Shown piece after piece: positions 27,478 to 37,260 of a stretch of 64,000 bases of DNA (the stretch's first letter is position 1; every line of letters begins with the position of its first letter). The position numbers and the translations under genes were made by a program. The DNA comes from a virus (taxonomy: Duplodnaviria; Caudoviricetes), in the IMG/VR virus record IMGVR_UViG_3300037183_000141, positions 12,464 to 76,463 of that record; one strand, 5' to 3'. Below the pieces are notes generated by a model. It was not told the DNA's origin and made no database searches. It saw only the letters and a list, made by a program, of their open reading frames with translations.

Positions 27478-27974
27478 TGTTCCCTATCATGAATAGGGAA
27501 CATCAAATTAAACATGGGCATTATGTCGGGGACAGACCGAGTCCTGAATATTATTCATGGAGATCCATTAAAGCCCGGTGTTTAAGGCAGAGTCACCATA
27601 GCAACGATGTGTATGGAAAGATACCTCTGCATCCCGAGTGGGCGTCCAGTTTTTCGACGTTCTTAGCAGCAGTTGGGCCTCGTCCTTCGAAAAAACACAC
27701 TCTAGACAGAATCAAAGGTGAGCTGGGATACGTCCCCGGGAACGTCCGCTGGGCACCTCGCCGTGTTCAGAACAGAAACCGGAAAGATAATGTTTGGATC
27801 GAGGCTGATGGGAAGAGGATGTGTCTGGAGGACTGGGCTGCCCATTTGGGCTGTTCTCCGGCTGCCATCAGGACGAGGATAAAGAGAGGGTGGGACCCTG
27901 TGAGGGCCGTCACGACCGTCCCAGACAAGCGCTTTCAGCTCCAGAACTTAACCCCAAATCGTAAAGTGCAGACG
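27474..27974 (+). CDS. HNH-type homing endonuclease, no stop, in frame with the next gene
   Basis: EYYSWRSIKARC..HTLDRI..GYVPGNVRWA..QNRNR, plus a C-terminal HTH-like tail; lower GC. Confidence 0.7.
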
Positions 27975-28700
27975 ATGAGCGAGCTCACGGTGTCGATCTC
28001 CGACAGGGGAGAGGTCAAGGTCTTCGTGGACGGCCTCCAGGTCGGCCTGATCCAGGAGCTGACCGTCAGGGCGGCAGTGGATAGGCCGATGCCGGCCGTC
28101 GAGGTCCGCCTCCCGAAGAGCTCGATCATCGAAGCCTCGGGGGAGGCGGTAAGGGACGCCCATAAGGGGTATCTCGAGCTCCTCCGCAGGATCCCGTCGG
28201 TCGTCCTGATGAGCGGGGATGAGCCGACGGGGACGGACAGCGAGGTCATCCTCTACTTCCTCGACCAGGCGGTCGACGGCGGCGGCCGGACGCTGACCCA
28301 GGTCATGCAGAAGGACAACTCGTGGTTCGAGCGCGCCCACGACTACATCCAGTGGATGCTGCCGACGCGCCGGCGCAGCAAGTACGAGCCGTCCGCGCCG
28401 GTCCTCACGGACCGGGATATTCAGGTCTTCCAGGTTAGGCGCGACCTCCGGGAGGCCTACTCGTTCGGCGTCGACCGCGTGAAGCGTTTTCTCGAGCTCG
28501 ACCAGATGTGCCCGGTCTGGGTCCGCCGGAAGGACCATAACCACAAGCGGATCTCCCGCCTCATCGAGAGCCTCATGGACCTCGGGTTCGAGGAGCGCGC
28601 CCGCCGCGTCCTCGAGCAGGTCCTCCGCATCGAGCGGGCGAACCCGGACATCATCGACCCGGAGGCCGTGGAGCACTGGAAGCAAGCCTGTGCCCGCTGA
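27975..28700 (+). CDS. OGFr (opioid growth factor receptor)-like domain protein
   Basis: FERAHDYIQWMLP..SAPVL..HNHKRISRLIESL; own ATG at 27975 preceded by CGTA-N11. Confidence 0.7.
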   Translation: MSELTVSISDRGEVKVFVDGLQVGLIQELTVRAAVDRPMPAVEVRLPKSSIIEASGEAVRDAHKGYLELLRRIPSVVLMSGDEPTGTDSEVILYFLDQAVDGGGRTLTQVMQKDNSWFERAHDYIQWMLPTRRRSKYEPSAPVLTDRDIQVFQVRRDLREAYSFGVDRVKRFLELDQMCPVWVRRKDHNHKRISRLIESLMDLGFEERARRVLEQVLRIERANPDIIDPEAVEHWKQACAR

Positions 28701-28932
28701 CCGCCCGAGGGTCTTTCAGCCGGGGACCCTGACCGTGGTCTACGGTCCGGACGGCAGGGCGGTCTACGCCGGCGCCGTGCTCCTGACGAAGGCGGACTAT
28801 GTGCACGCGGGCGCGACCGTGAGGACGCAGGTCTTCTTCCGGATGGCGGGGCACGGCGAGGAACTCCTGCTGGACGAGGAGATGCGGGCGGTCCTGGCCC
28901 TCGGCTACGACGCTATTCGTCTGTCGTACTGA
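28690..28932 (+). CDS. Hypothetical protein
   Basis: 80 aa, high GC3. Confidence 0.5.
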   Translation: MPADRPRVFQPGTLTVVYGPDGRAVYAGAVLLTKADYVHAGATVRTQVFFRMAGHGEELLLDEEMRAVLALGYDAIRLSY

Positions 28933-29428
28933 GCGGGTCGTCCGTCTTCCGCTTGCGCTTGAGGTGGATCCCAATCTGGTCCGGGTTGTCCACCATGTAC
29001 CTATGCACGCGCTCGAAGTAGCCCTTGAGGGGCTGCGCCGCGTCGCGCATGAGAAGGCGCTCGAACATGAGGAAGCCCTCCGGGTCCTCGGTCCAGAGCC
29101 AGTCCTCCGTGATGGGGACGCCGGGCGAGACCTGGCTCCAGGTGTTCCCGTGCGGGAACATGAGCAGTATGTACTCCGTCTTGGCGAAGTGCGGGTTGGG
29201 CATCGCCACGAACTTCTCGTGGCGCTTGACGGAGAAGAACGTCCCAGGGGGGAGCTCGACCCCGTCGTGCGAGGACGTGACCCAGCGCTTGATGCTCATC
29301 CACTTCGTCTCGGGCGTCTTTATCCCGGACGACTTCCGGCACTTGAGGGAGCAGCTGTAGAGGGCGGACGGCGAGAGGCCGCACGTCCACGGCCTGAAGT
29401 CCTCGGGTATGCCCGGCACGCGGTGCAT
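28913..29428 (-). CDS. Hypothetical protein
   Basis: High GC3 from ATG 29428. Confidence 0.55.
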   Translation of the reverse strand: MHRVPGIPEDFRPWTCGLSPSALYSCSLKCRKSSGIKTPETKWMSIKRWVTSSHDGVELPPGTFFSVKRHEKFVAMPNPHFAKTEYILLMFPHGNTWSQVSPGVPITEDWLWTEDPEGFLMFERLLMRDAAQPLKGYFERVHRYMVDNPDQIGIHLKRKRKTDDPLSTTDE

Positions 29429-29510
29429 GGAGTCGACCCAGTACGACTCTTTCGAGATCCTCTGTTGTATGCTCGACCTAATTTCGTTGTCCATCATGGA
29501 GGTATCGGAT

Positions 29511-30848
29511 ATGAGCGCTACGGACGTCTTCTGCATCACCGACCAGGACGGGAGACTCCTCCCTCCGGCCGTACAGGCCACTGTACTGGCTAAGTACTCG
29601 AGATCGCCCCTCTCGGCCCGGGAGCTGGTACGAGACCTTACAGAGGCGGCGGCCGACAAGTTCCAGGAGAAGTGGGTTGTCGGCTACGGGCACAACTCGG
29701 TGGCGGAGCTCGCCGTGGTTCCCGTGTGCTTCGAGGGCGTCTCCATCGTGGCCTCCAAGTTCATCGAGGGCTGGCAGCGCGCGGGCTACTCCGAGAAGAG
29801 CACCCGGTACCAGGTGTTCTCCCGGGACTCGTTCATCACGCCGCCCGGAGCCCCGGCCACTATGAAGAAGTTCGCGGAGCGCTTCTACGACGCCTACGAG
29901 CGCCTTCTCCCGAAGGTGACCATGCATGTGGCAAAGCTCGTCGGGGACGACATGGACAACCCGAAGGCCTCGACGAGGGCGCGAGCGTTCGACAACGTCC
30001 GATACCTCCTCCCGGCCGGGACCGGGACGAACGTCGCCGCGGTCGTGAACATGCTCGACGCCCGCCGGATGGTCTCCGGGCTAAAAGGGCATGCCAACCC
30101 GGAGTTCCAGGCCCTGGGCGAGAAGATGGAGGCCGCCGTCACGGCGCTGGCCCCCACTCTGGTCCGCCACACGGAGCCGGACGGGTTTCAGCTGCCCGTG
30201 AAGGGCCTCGGAAACCTGCCCGAGGACTTCAGTCACGACGACCCTACGCCGTACGTCAAGCTGAACAAGCCTTACCTTCTGCCCGCCCCGGCCCTCGAGC
30301 AGGCCGCCTTCGAGTCCGCGGTGGTCGACCTCCACGGGATGGACTGGGCGAGCTTCTCCGCCTTCATGGAGACGCGCCCGGCCTACTCGGAGGTCCCGAA
30401 CGTTTTCAAGACCGTGAAGCTCTCGTTCGAGGTCATGATGGACTACGGCGCTTACAGGGACCTCCAGAGACACCGGCGCTGCGAGCAGTTTGCCGAGCCG
30501 CTCGGGATCCACTATGGCTACGTCGTCCCGGAGGACATCGTCGGCACGGAGTTCGAGGGCGAGTACCGGCAGGCCATGGAGGCCATCGACGCCTACGACG
30601 ACGAGGCGGTCATTCATGACCAAGACCTCTTTCAGTACATGATCCCGCTCGGCTACCTGCATCGCTCCCTGTTCCAGATGGACCTGAAGGAGTGGTACTA
30701 TCTGACCGAGCTCCGGACGAAGCCGCAGGGCCATATCTCGTACCGTCGGATTGCCTACGAGATCTTCCGGATCGGGAGTGAGCGCTTACCGGGCCTCACC
30801 GGATGGTGTCGTGCCATCAAACCCGACGCCGTCGGGGTCCACCACTGA
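29511..30848 (+). CDS. thyX: Flavin-dependent thymidylate synthase, tandem Thy1-domain type
   Basis: GYGHNSVAE, SEKSTRYQ, ARAFDNVRYLLP, second-domain RDLQRHRR. Confidence 0.8.
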   Translation: MSATDVFCITDQDGRLLPPAVQATVLAKYSRSPLSARELVRDLTEAAADKFQEKWVVGYGHNSVAELAVVPVCFEGVSIVASKFIEGWQRAGYSEKSTRYQVFSRDSFITPPGAPATMKKFAERFYDAYERLLPKVTMHVAKLVGDDMDNPKASTRARAFDNVRYLLPAGTGTNVAAVVNMLDARRMVSGLKGHANPEFQALGEKMEAAVTALAPTLVRHTEPDGFQLPVKGLGNLPEDFSHDDPTPYVKLNKPYLLPAPALEQAAFESAVVDLHGMDWASFSAFMETRPAYSEVPNVFKTVKLSFEVMMDYGAYRDLQRHRRCEQFAEPLGIHYGYVVPEDIVGTEFEGEYRQAMEAIDAYDDEAVIHDQDLFQYMIPLGYLHRSLFQMDLKEWYYLTELRTKPQGHISYRRIAYEIFRIGSERLPGLTGWCRAIKPDAVGVHH

Positions 30849-31033
30849 AGCTTGTCCGCCCTCCGCGCCGGCCGCACGCCCAGTACGAGTGTGCGGCCTG
30901 CAGCTCGAGCTGGTCGCAGGTCCAGTCCCAGACCCCCTGCCCGACTTGCGGGAATATCTACGTGAAATGGATGAACTTCGCCGAGTGGCGAGCGGCCGCA
31001 GTCTACCCGGGCCGCGAGGGGAAGAAGGACTAG
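30845..31033 (+). CDS. Small Zn-ribbon protein, probable CTG start
   Basis: CAAC..CPTC; the CTG overlaps the thyX TGA. Confidence 0.5.
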   Translation: MKLVRPPRRPHAQYECAACSSSWSQVQSQTPCPTCGNIYVKWMNFAEWRAAAVYPGREGKKD

Positions 31034-31848
31034 CCCTTCTCGTCGATCGGCCAGCCGCGCTTCTTGAAAAAACTGTTGACGCGCTCGAGGACCTGGCCGA
31101 CGGGCTCCCCCGTCCTCTTCGACATCGAGCGCACGAGGTCGTTGATCTCCGTGCGGTTGACCTCGGTCCGGTTCTGCTTGACCAGCCACTGGAGGAGCGT
31201 CCTCTCCGACGTCGTCGGCGGCATCGACTTCCGGCGGCGCGAGGCGGACACGGCCTCGTCCGGCGGACTGTCGTTCACCTTCCGGATGAGCCCGGTAATG
31301 CCGGCCTCGAACGCCGGCTCGTCGTCGATCGACGCCTCGACGACCTTCTCCTTCGCGTCGAGGAGGACGGTGCAGGTCCCGAGGTCCGCGCTCCCGTCGA
31401 CCCCGCCGCCGAGCGTCTTGTTGTAGTAGCCGGCCGTCATCGTGAGCGTGATCGCCGCCTCGCCCTTCGAGTGGGCGGCGTCGTCCCCGTACCCTTCCTC
31501 CGGGCTCTCCGACTTGAAGTCCCCCGGGTTGTACCGGCACATGAAGAGGATTCCGCCGATGATGCCGGCGTTCTCCCACGTGTTCGGGTCCATGGCCCAG
31601 GAGACGTAGCCGCCCTTGAAGCCCTTGCCCTTGTCGGCCGTGTCGTAGGTCTCCCCGTTGAACTCTTCCGGCATGAGCGCCGCGACCTGGGCGGCGAGCG
31701 CCTTCCCGACGGCCTCCGACAGGGACCGGTCGGTCGCGAGGACCGCGGCCGCGAGGCGGGAGGAGACGAGGCGGAGGGACGGGCGGCCCGAGCTCTCGAC
31801 GTAGGAGGCGATCTGGCGGAGGTGTGCGGACAGCTCGGACGGTCCCAT
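31030..31848 (-). CDS. Hypothetical protein (possible virion protein)
   Basis: ATG 31848; N-terminal LRQIASYVESSGRPSLRLVSSRL segment. Confidence 0.6.
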   Translation of the reverse strand: MGPSELSAHLRQIASYVESSGRPSLRLVSSRLAAAVLATDRSLSEAVGKALAAQVAALMPEEFNGETYDTADKGKGFKGGYVSWAMDPNTWENAGIIGGILFMCRYNPGDFKSESPEEGYGDDAAHSKGEAAITLTMTAGYYNKTLGGGVDGSADLGTCTVLLDAKEKVVEASIDDEPAFEAGITGLIRKVNDSPPDEAVSASRRRKSMPPTTSERTLLQWLVKQNRTEVNRTEINDLVRSMSKRTGEPVGQVLERVNSFFKKRGWPIDEKG

Positions 31849-31871
31849 GCCCGGTTCGGGACATTGAAAGC

Positions 31872-32299
31872 CTACTCGTTCATCACGGTCTCGAGCGCGA
31901 ACTCTTCCGGAGTGGCAGGACGGAACTTGACCAGCATTCTCTTGACCGTCCTCCCCCAGCTGTCCCAGTGCCTTGCCCAGACAACGATGTGGAGGGAGTG
32001 GAGGACGGTCTTCCTCTCCCCGTCCCCGAAGTTCTCGTGGCCGACGTCCCACACGAACATCCCTGGCTCCACTTCGTGCTTGCCGTGCTCGACCATCACC
32101 TTCCGGTCCTTGCACTGACCGACCAGGTTGTTGATCCCGAACCTCTGCTGTCTCTCGTAATAATGGAGCGTTACCTGCCTCTGGACTGCCTTCCTCACCG
32201 CTCCCCTTCCCTGCGGGCCGAGATGGTGCCGAAGATCGAGCTCGCGTACCACCCTATTCCGGAAACGAACAAATAGTTCATCTTGTACTGTGTGTTCAT
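31872..32299 (-). CDS. Hypothetical protein with C-terminal VMNE tag
   Basis: Probable ATG 32299. Confidence 0.55.
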
Positions 32300-33158
32300 G
32301 ATAGACATTCATGAAGTCGCTAGACTTTACGGAATGGGTCTTACTCAGGAAGAGGTGGCCGTCCGTCTCAGGTGCCACGTAAACTCAGTGAGAAGACTCA
32401 TGAAGTCCCTTGGCCTCAAAGTGCGCCCGAAAAGCCGTATCTACGGACTCAATGAATCGTTCTTCGAGACGATAGACTCAGAAGAAAAAGCATACTGGCT
32501 CGGCTTCGCCTTGGCCGATGGATCAATAAAGAAAACCAAGTATGGAACCCCATGCTCTTTGGTCGTCGGCCTGAGCTCGGTAGACTCGCATCATCTTGAA
32601 TCGCTCAAGACAGCCCTCAGATACACAGGACCTGTGAAGACAATAAACTACTTCGACAAGAGGTACGGGAAATGGTACAGACGAAGTCAGCTGGAACCAT
32701 CAAGCAGAAAGCTTTGTTCTGACTTACTCGACAAGGGCTGGGACGACTTCAAAAGAAAAGGTTATATCAGAATATTAGGAGAAGTTTTGGAAAAATTTAT
32801 GTCAGCTCTCCTACGGGGTCTCGTTGACGGGGATGGGTGTTTATTGCTGAATAAATATGGATCAAAGACAATAACTCTTTTTCATTTCACAGATCTTCAT
32901 CAGTCGGTTGTTGAATGGGTTGCCGTTCGGGTTAAGGAGCAACTACACATACCGATTCCAAAGTTTTTGAAAAATGGGAACGGGACAAGAAAAGGTTTCC
33001 ATATACGATATGCAAGACATGAACATGTTCGAGCTATAGCTCGTTTTCTTTACTCCGGACCTCCTAGCCTGGAAAGAAAACAGACTGTCGCCGATAGATT
33101 ATCGTCCGCTGTCTTTTTTCATCCAGGTTGTCGAAAAAGTGGATGCATAGAACCATAG
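32298..33158 (+). CDS. Free-standing double-motif LAGLIDADG homing endonuclease with N-terminal HTH
   Basis: AYWLGFALADGSI and LRGLVDGDGCL; AT-rich; opposite strand to its flanks. Confidence 0.85.
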   Translation: MIDIHEVARLYGMGLTQEEVAVRLRCHVNSVRRLMKSLGLKVRPKSRIYGLNESFFETIDSEEKAYWLGFALADGSIKKTKYGTPCSLVVGLSSVDSHHLESLKTALRYTGPVKTINYFDKRYGKWYRRSQLEPSSRKLCSDLLDKGWDDFKRKGYIRILGEVLEKFMSALLRGLVDGDGCLLLNKYGSKTITLFHFTDLHQSVVEWVAVRVKEQLHIPIPKFLKNGNGTRKGFHIRYARHEHVRAIARFLYSGPPSLERKQTVADRLSSAVFFHPGCRKSGCIEP

Positions 33159-33821
33159 GCAGAGGTCGACGATCCCGAGCGGCATCTCCGCGGGCTTCAT
33201 CGCCAGGCACATCGCGTCGCAGTCCTTGAACCACCAGTGGTCGGCCAAGCGCACGAGGTGGAGGTCGGGCTTCACGCACTCGAGGATGCCGATGTTTCGG
33301 GCGAGGTGTTTGCACGTGATCTTCCCGACGTACGGGAGCTTCGTCAGAAGCTCGGGGGAGGAGAGCCGGCGCTGGCGGAAGTCCTCCCACGACTCCGTCC
33401 TCCCGACGTCGGCCGGGAACATAGCGCCCGCCATGAGCTTCGCGGTCGAGTGGACGGCCTTCGCCTTCTGCGGGTTGTTGCAGACCTTCAGGACCCGGGA
33501 GAGCATTAGGTCCTCGTCCTCCCTGCCAAGCCTATCCCACCCGCTCCCGTCCTCTCCGATACCGTAGGCGGCGGTGAGCCTCGGCATCAGCTTCGCCACG
33601 ACCTTAGAGTTGAAGCCGGTGGCATGGATCACCCACGTCAGCTCAAGGAAGAAGTGGTTCGGGCCGACCTCCTCGAACTTCGTGGACCAGATATGGTCCA
33701 TCTCCCTTCGGTAGTGCTTCTCCGTGAACGCTCGCGCCTTCCGGAAATACTCTTCTGGCGAGTCGGACGGCGTCGGCCCATCGGCCATCTCTTCGGAGGT
33801 CAGATCTCTCCTCGGCTCCAT
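33099..33821 (-). CDS. HhH-GPD-like DNA glycosylase
   Basis: LTKLPYVGKITCKHL HhH followed by VKPDLHLVR. Confidence 0.6.
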   Translation of the reverse strand: MEPRRDLTSEEMADGPTPSDSPEEYFRKARAFTEKHYRREMDHIWSTKFEEVGPNHFFLELTWVIHATGFNSKVVAKLMPRLTAAYGIGEDGSGWDRLGREDEDLMLSRVLKVCNNPQKAKAVHSTAKLMAGAMFPADVGRTESWEDFRQRRLSSPELLTKLPYVGKITCKHLARNIGILECVKPDLHLVRLADHWWFKDCDAMCLAMKPAEMPLGIVDLCLWFYASTFSTTWMKKDSGR

Positions 33822-33836
33822 GGGCCAAGATTACGC

Positions 33837-34079
33837 TCAGGCGGCCCGCGAAGGCGAATCGGACGCCGAGAACTGGAACGTGACGCACTCGTCGTCCGAC
33901 CAATCTTGGCTCGACATGACGTACGGGCTCTGATCGCGGCTCCAACAGGCGAAGCAAAAAGTCCTGACTCGGCCGCAAGACGAGTACCTTCGGACGAGGC
34001 ACCCATCGTCTCCGCACTCGGTGCAGGTCCCACGCTCTGGTTCCCAGAGGATGTCCATAATGTTGTTCCCAATATTCAT
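33837..34079 (-). CDS. Small Cys-rich protein
   Basis: CTEC..C..C..CFAC. Confidence 0.5.
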   Translation of the reverse strand: MNIGNNIMDILWEPERGTCTECGDDGCLVRRYSSCGRVRTFCFACWSRDQSPYVMSSQDWSDDECVTFQFSASDSPSRAA

Positions 34080-34221
34080 AGGAGGGCCCTCCCTCTCGTC
34101 GGTTGGCCTCTTTTGAAGCACGACTCTGCACTCTCCGTGCCGGACGGGCCTGAAGTTCCGAGGGCTGCAAGGCGGGAAGATTGTGGCGTCCGCCGACGCA
34201 CACGATGGCAGGCTGCCGCAG

Positions 34222-34398
34222 TCAGCGCTTGGCGGTCGCCATCTCGCTCAGTGTCCTCATGACGTCGACTGCGGCCTTGCCGGCGGTCGCGGGCCTCAGG
34301 CCGTTCCTGCGCTTCACCTCGCCGGAGACCATGTCCAGGAGATCGAGGAGCTCGCCGTCCTGGAGCGTCCCGAGGTCGGCGGCGGTTGGCATCTGCAT
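34222..34398 (-). CDS. Small hypothetical protein (58 aa)
   Basis: Not in the track; MQMPTAADLGTLQDGELLDLLDMVSGEVKRRNG.., high GC3. Confidence 0.5.
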   Translation of the reverse strand: MQMPTAADLGTLQDGELLDLLDMVSGEVKRRNGLRPATAGKAAVDVMRTLSEMATAKR

Positions 34399-34407
34399 GT
34401 GGGTACT

Positions 34408-35124
34408 TTACGCCACAGCGTCGGCGTAGACCTGGTCGCGGTCCTGGCCCCAGTCGTATGCGTGGTTGAGCGAGTTGCCGATGATCGTGGCGCGGATGAG
34501 CTCCCAGTCGAGGTCGACCGTCTGTGCCGCGGGCCATTCCTTGCCCTGGAGCTTAGCCTTGAACTCGGCCTGAAGGGACTTCACGCCCTTGCCGTAGACG
34601 GCCGGGTCGGCCGTGAAATAGCCCTTGTCGTGCAGCGCCTTCACATAGCCGTCCGAGTCGCCGACCAGGAGCTCCTCCCACGCGTCAACGTAGCGGCCCG
34701 ACGCGACGAAGTCGACGTACTCGTAGGCGCCGTCATATTGGTTCGCGTACGCCCTGAACCGGGTCTGGTAGTGGCCCGGCGGAACAGGGCTCGCCTCGGC
34801 GACAACAGCTCCGCCCTTCTTGTCGAGCCGGCCGCCCGGCGCGAACCAGACGACCTTCCCGCCGAGGACCTCGTTGCAGGCGAACGAGGTATACTGGCCG
34901 ACGTACGCCGTCCCGGCCTTGACGTTTCCCCAGTTATAGCAGTGTATGTACTTCCATCTTCCGGTCTCGAGCGCGGTCTTCGCCAGCGCGAGGGAGAGGG
35001 TGTCATCGGTCGGGTGTTGCCCCTTCAGAGCGTCCATGAGCGCCGCGCGCATCGCCTCCGCGGCGACGTCGAAGGAGAAAGGGGTCAGCTGGTCGTCCGT
35101 GAACGTGGCCGTCATCTGGTCCAT
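34408..35124 (-). CDS. GH73/FlgJ-like peptidoglycan hydrolase (glucosaminidase family)
   Basis: ALAKTALETG..YNWGNVKA..FRAY..YVKALHDKGYFTADP. Confidence 0.75.
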   Translation of the reverse strand: MDQMTATFTDDQLTPFSFDVAAEAMRAALMDALKGQHPTDDTLSLALAKTALETGRWKYIHCYNWGNVKAGTAYVGQYTSFACNEVLGGKVVWFAPGGRLDKKGGAVVAEASPVPPGHYQTRFRAYANQYDGAYEYVDFVASGRYVDAWEELLVGDSDGYVKALHDKGYFTADPAVYGKGVKSLQAEFKAKLQGKEWPAAQTVDLDWELIRATIIGNSLNHAYDWGQDRDQVYADAVA

Positions 35125-35171
35125 GACGGGGATCGGGCATGAAAGGCTCGGAGTGTAACTATCCGGGCCGG

Positions 35172-35633
35172 ATGACATCCTTCAACGCCTACTATAGCAA
35201 CATAAGCGCGGTGAACTCGTTCGTCCGACAGCATCTCCCGTCCGTCGAATGGCTGGTGTCGACCCGGGACGAGGACCGTGGGACCGGGAGGACCACGGCG
35301 CTCGCCCTCGCTTTCCTTCGGAACTCCTTCTCCTCAGCGCACCCGACAAGGGCCTTCGACCACGCCGATGGAGGCGGGTTCGACTCAAAACAATGGATCA
35401 AGATGAAGCTCCAGGAGATGTCGCCCGGCCTCTTCATCGGACAGGACGGGACCCTGGAGAGCCAGCCGGCGTACGCCGCCAGCCCGTCGAGCCCACAGTT
35501 CAACGACACCCTCTTGAAGGTCCGGCAAGACTTCATGAGCGTGGTCACTTCCGCCGTAAGACTCGGGGTCGACCCGACCTGGATGATGAAGCAGCTCCAG
35601 AACGCCCTGGCCGAGTCGGTGATGAACACATGA
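35172..35633 (+). CDS. Hypothetical protein with C-terminal VMNT tag
   Basis: Contains RGTGRTT (P-loop-like remnant). Confidence 0.55.
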   Translation: MTSFNAYYSNISAVNSFVRQHLPSVEWLVSTRDEDRGTGRTTALALAFLRNSFSSAHPTRAFDHADGGGFDSKQWIKMKLQEMSPGLFIGQDGTLESQPAYAASPSSPQFNDTLLKVRQDFMSVVTSAVRLGVDPTWMMKQLQNALAESVMNT

Positions 35634-36181
35634 AGGTCGTGCTCGACGTCGACGGACCGCTGACGGACTTCCACACCAAGGCGAGGCTGGTCATCAAGTC
35701 GGAGTTCGGCTACGATCTCCCCATCTCCGCGTACAAGGAATGGGACGTCACGAGCGTCCTCCCGACGCAGGCGGAGAAAGACCGGATGAACGAGCTGATC
35801 GCAAAGCCCGGCTGGGCCTCGTCCATGATCCCGGACCAGGAGGCCATGCGAGCGGTCCGCACGATGCGTAGTTACGGGGCCGACATCCTGTTCGCGACGG
35901 CCCCTCACCCGAAGAGCAAGACGTGGAAGGAAGAGCGGGAGGCTTGGCTAATCGAGCACTTCGGCGCGCACCACCTCGAGGTCGCCCACATTCATAGAAA
36001 GGACTTCCTCACCGGAGGCGTGTTCGTGGACGACAAGCCGTCGAACGTCCGCGGGTGGCAGAAGAGCAACCCGGACGGATACGGGTTTCTGTGGGCCAAG
36101 GACTACAACAGGACGGAGGTCGGCCTCATGTTCGCAGAGTCCTGGGATCCCGTTCTCTCAGAAGTCCGGGACTGGAGGTAG
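35630..36181 (+). CDS. HAD 5'(3')-deoxyribonucleotidase (NT5C-like)
   Basis: VLDVDGPLTDF, FATAP, FVDDKPSN; ATGA overlap. Confidence 0.85.
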   Translation: MKVVLDVDGPLTDFHTKARLVIKSEFGYDLPISAYKEWDVTSVLPTQAEKDRMNELIAKPGWASSMIPDQEAMRAVRTMRSYGADILFATAPHPKSKTWKEEREAWLIEHFGAHHLEVAHIHRKDFLTGGVFVDDKPSNVRGWQKSNPDGYGFLWAKDYNRTEVGLMFAESWDPVLSEVRDWR

Positions 36182-36182
36182 T

Positions 36183-36656
36183 ATGGCGAAGGAGATAGAG
36201 CGGCGTTTTCTGGTGTCGGACTCGGTCAGGGAGCAGGCCCTCGGGAGGAAGACGGATATCGTCCAGGGGTATCTGTCGGCCGAGCCGGCGGTGCGCGTCC
36301 GACTGGTCGGCGGCTTCCTAGGGCAGAAGGGCTACCTGACGGTCAAAGGGCCCGGCTCCCTGAGCCGGCCGGAGTTCGAGTACGAGATCCCGGCCCTCGA
36401 CGCGAAGGAGATGCTCGCCCTCTGCAGGTTCAGCCTCGAGAAGGAAAGGCGGCACGTCCTCGTGTCAGGACACATGTGGTCTGTCGACTTTTTCACCGAG
36501 GCGAGGATGAACGGTCTCATGTTGGCCGAGATCGAGCTCAAGAGCGAGGACGAAAAGTTCGTGATGCCGGACTGGGCTGGCGAGGAGGTTACCGAGAACC
36601 CATACTATTCGAACGTCTCGCTGGCGAAGATAGGGGCGCTGGTCAGGACTCCATGA
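36183..36656 (+). CDS. CYTH/triphosphate tunnel metalloenzyme
   Basis: EIERRFLV, IVQGYL, VRVR, LTVKG, EFEYEI, LAEIEL, YYSN. Confidence 0.9.
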   Translation: MAKEIERRFLVSDSVREQALGRKTDIVQGYLSAEPAVRVRLVGGFLGQKGYLTVKGPGSLSRPEFEYEIPALDAKEMLALCRFSLEKERRHVLVSGHMWSVDFFTEARMNGLMLAEIELKSEDEKFVMPDWAGEEVTENPYYSNVSLAKIGALVRTP

Positions 36657-37206
36657 CCTCAAGGAGGATGCGACGATCCCAGCACTCGCGGACCTTCTCC
36701 GTGCTGATGCGACGGGAGACGTGAGCGTTATACGCTATCGACATGTTCGTGATGTGAATGGCGATGCAGCAGCCGAGGACGGAGTCGAGGATGCCCTTTG
36801 CGTCATCCGTGTATGCCTTCGTCAGTCTTTCGTCCCGTCCCCCGTCTCTCTTTTCGCAGTGAAGCCGGTCCACTCGCGAAAGCGGCATTAGGCCCTCGTG
36901 GTTGACGATAGCGGTCGTGATGATCCAGTTGGCGACCTGGATCGGGCTTGCCGCGGTCATGTTCCCCTCGTCCGTCCCAGTAATCTGGTTCTTCGAGCGG
37001 CTGTACCGGAAATGTTTAGTGAACGACGAGTTGTTGTGCGGGTGTCCATGCCGACGGAGTGGGCCCCTCGTCGACCTGAGCTCGATTTGGGACATTATCT
37101 GCCCGCCGCCAACGTTCTTGGCCTCGACGTCGACCACAAGGTCTCCGAGCTCCTGCTGCATGAGGATGACCTGGTCTTTTTCGGGGTGGATCCAGCTCGT
37201 GTCCAT
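36643..37206 (-). CDS. Hypothetical protein with C-terminal VMES tag
   Basis: 187 aa, high GC3. Confidence 0.55.
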   Translation of the reverse strand: MDTSWIHPEKDQVILMQQELGDLVVDVEAKNVGGGQIMSQIELRSTRGPLRRHGHPHNNSSFTKHFRYSRSKNQITGTDEGNMTAASPIQVANWIITTAIVNHEGLMPLSRVDRLHCEKRDGGRDERLTKAYTDDAKGILDSVLGCCIAIHITNMSIAYNAHVSRRISTEKVRECWDRRILLEVMES

Positions 37207-37260
37207 GGGGCCGTGTACTGAGGCTAGGCCTCGACTTGCGCCGAGGTGTATTCTCGGCAG

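Noticed and set aside
27474-27974. Group I intron carrying the HNH inside purZ
   Set aside because: purZ is complete with its stop before the HNH, and no interrupted gene was found
36643-37206. MazZ/MazG partner because of QQELGDL
   Set aside because: Only one partial motif, no EExxE helix pair, and the rest looks beta-rich
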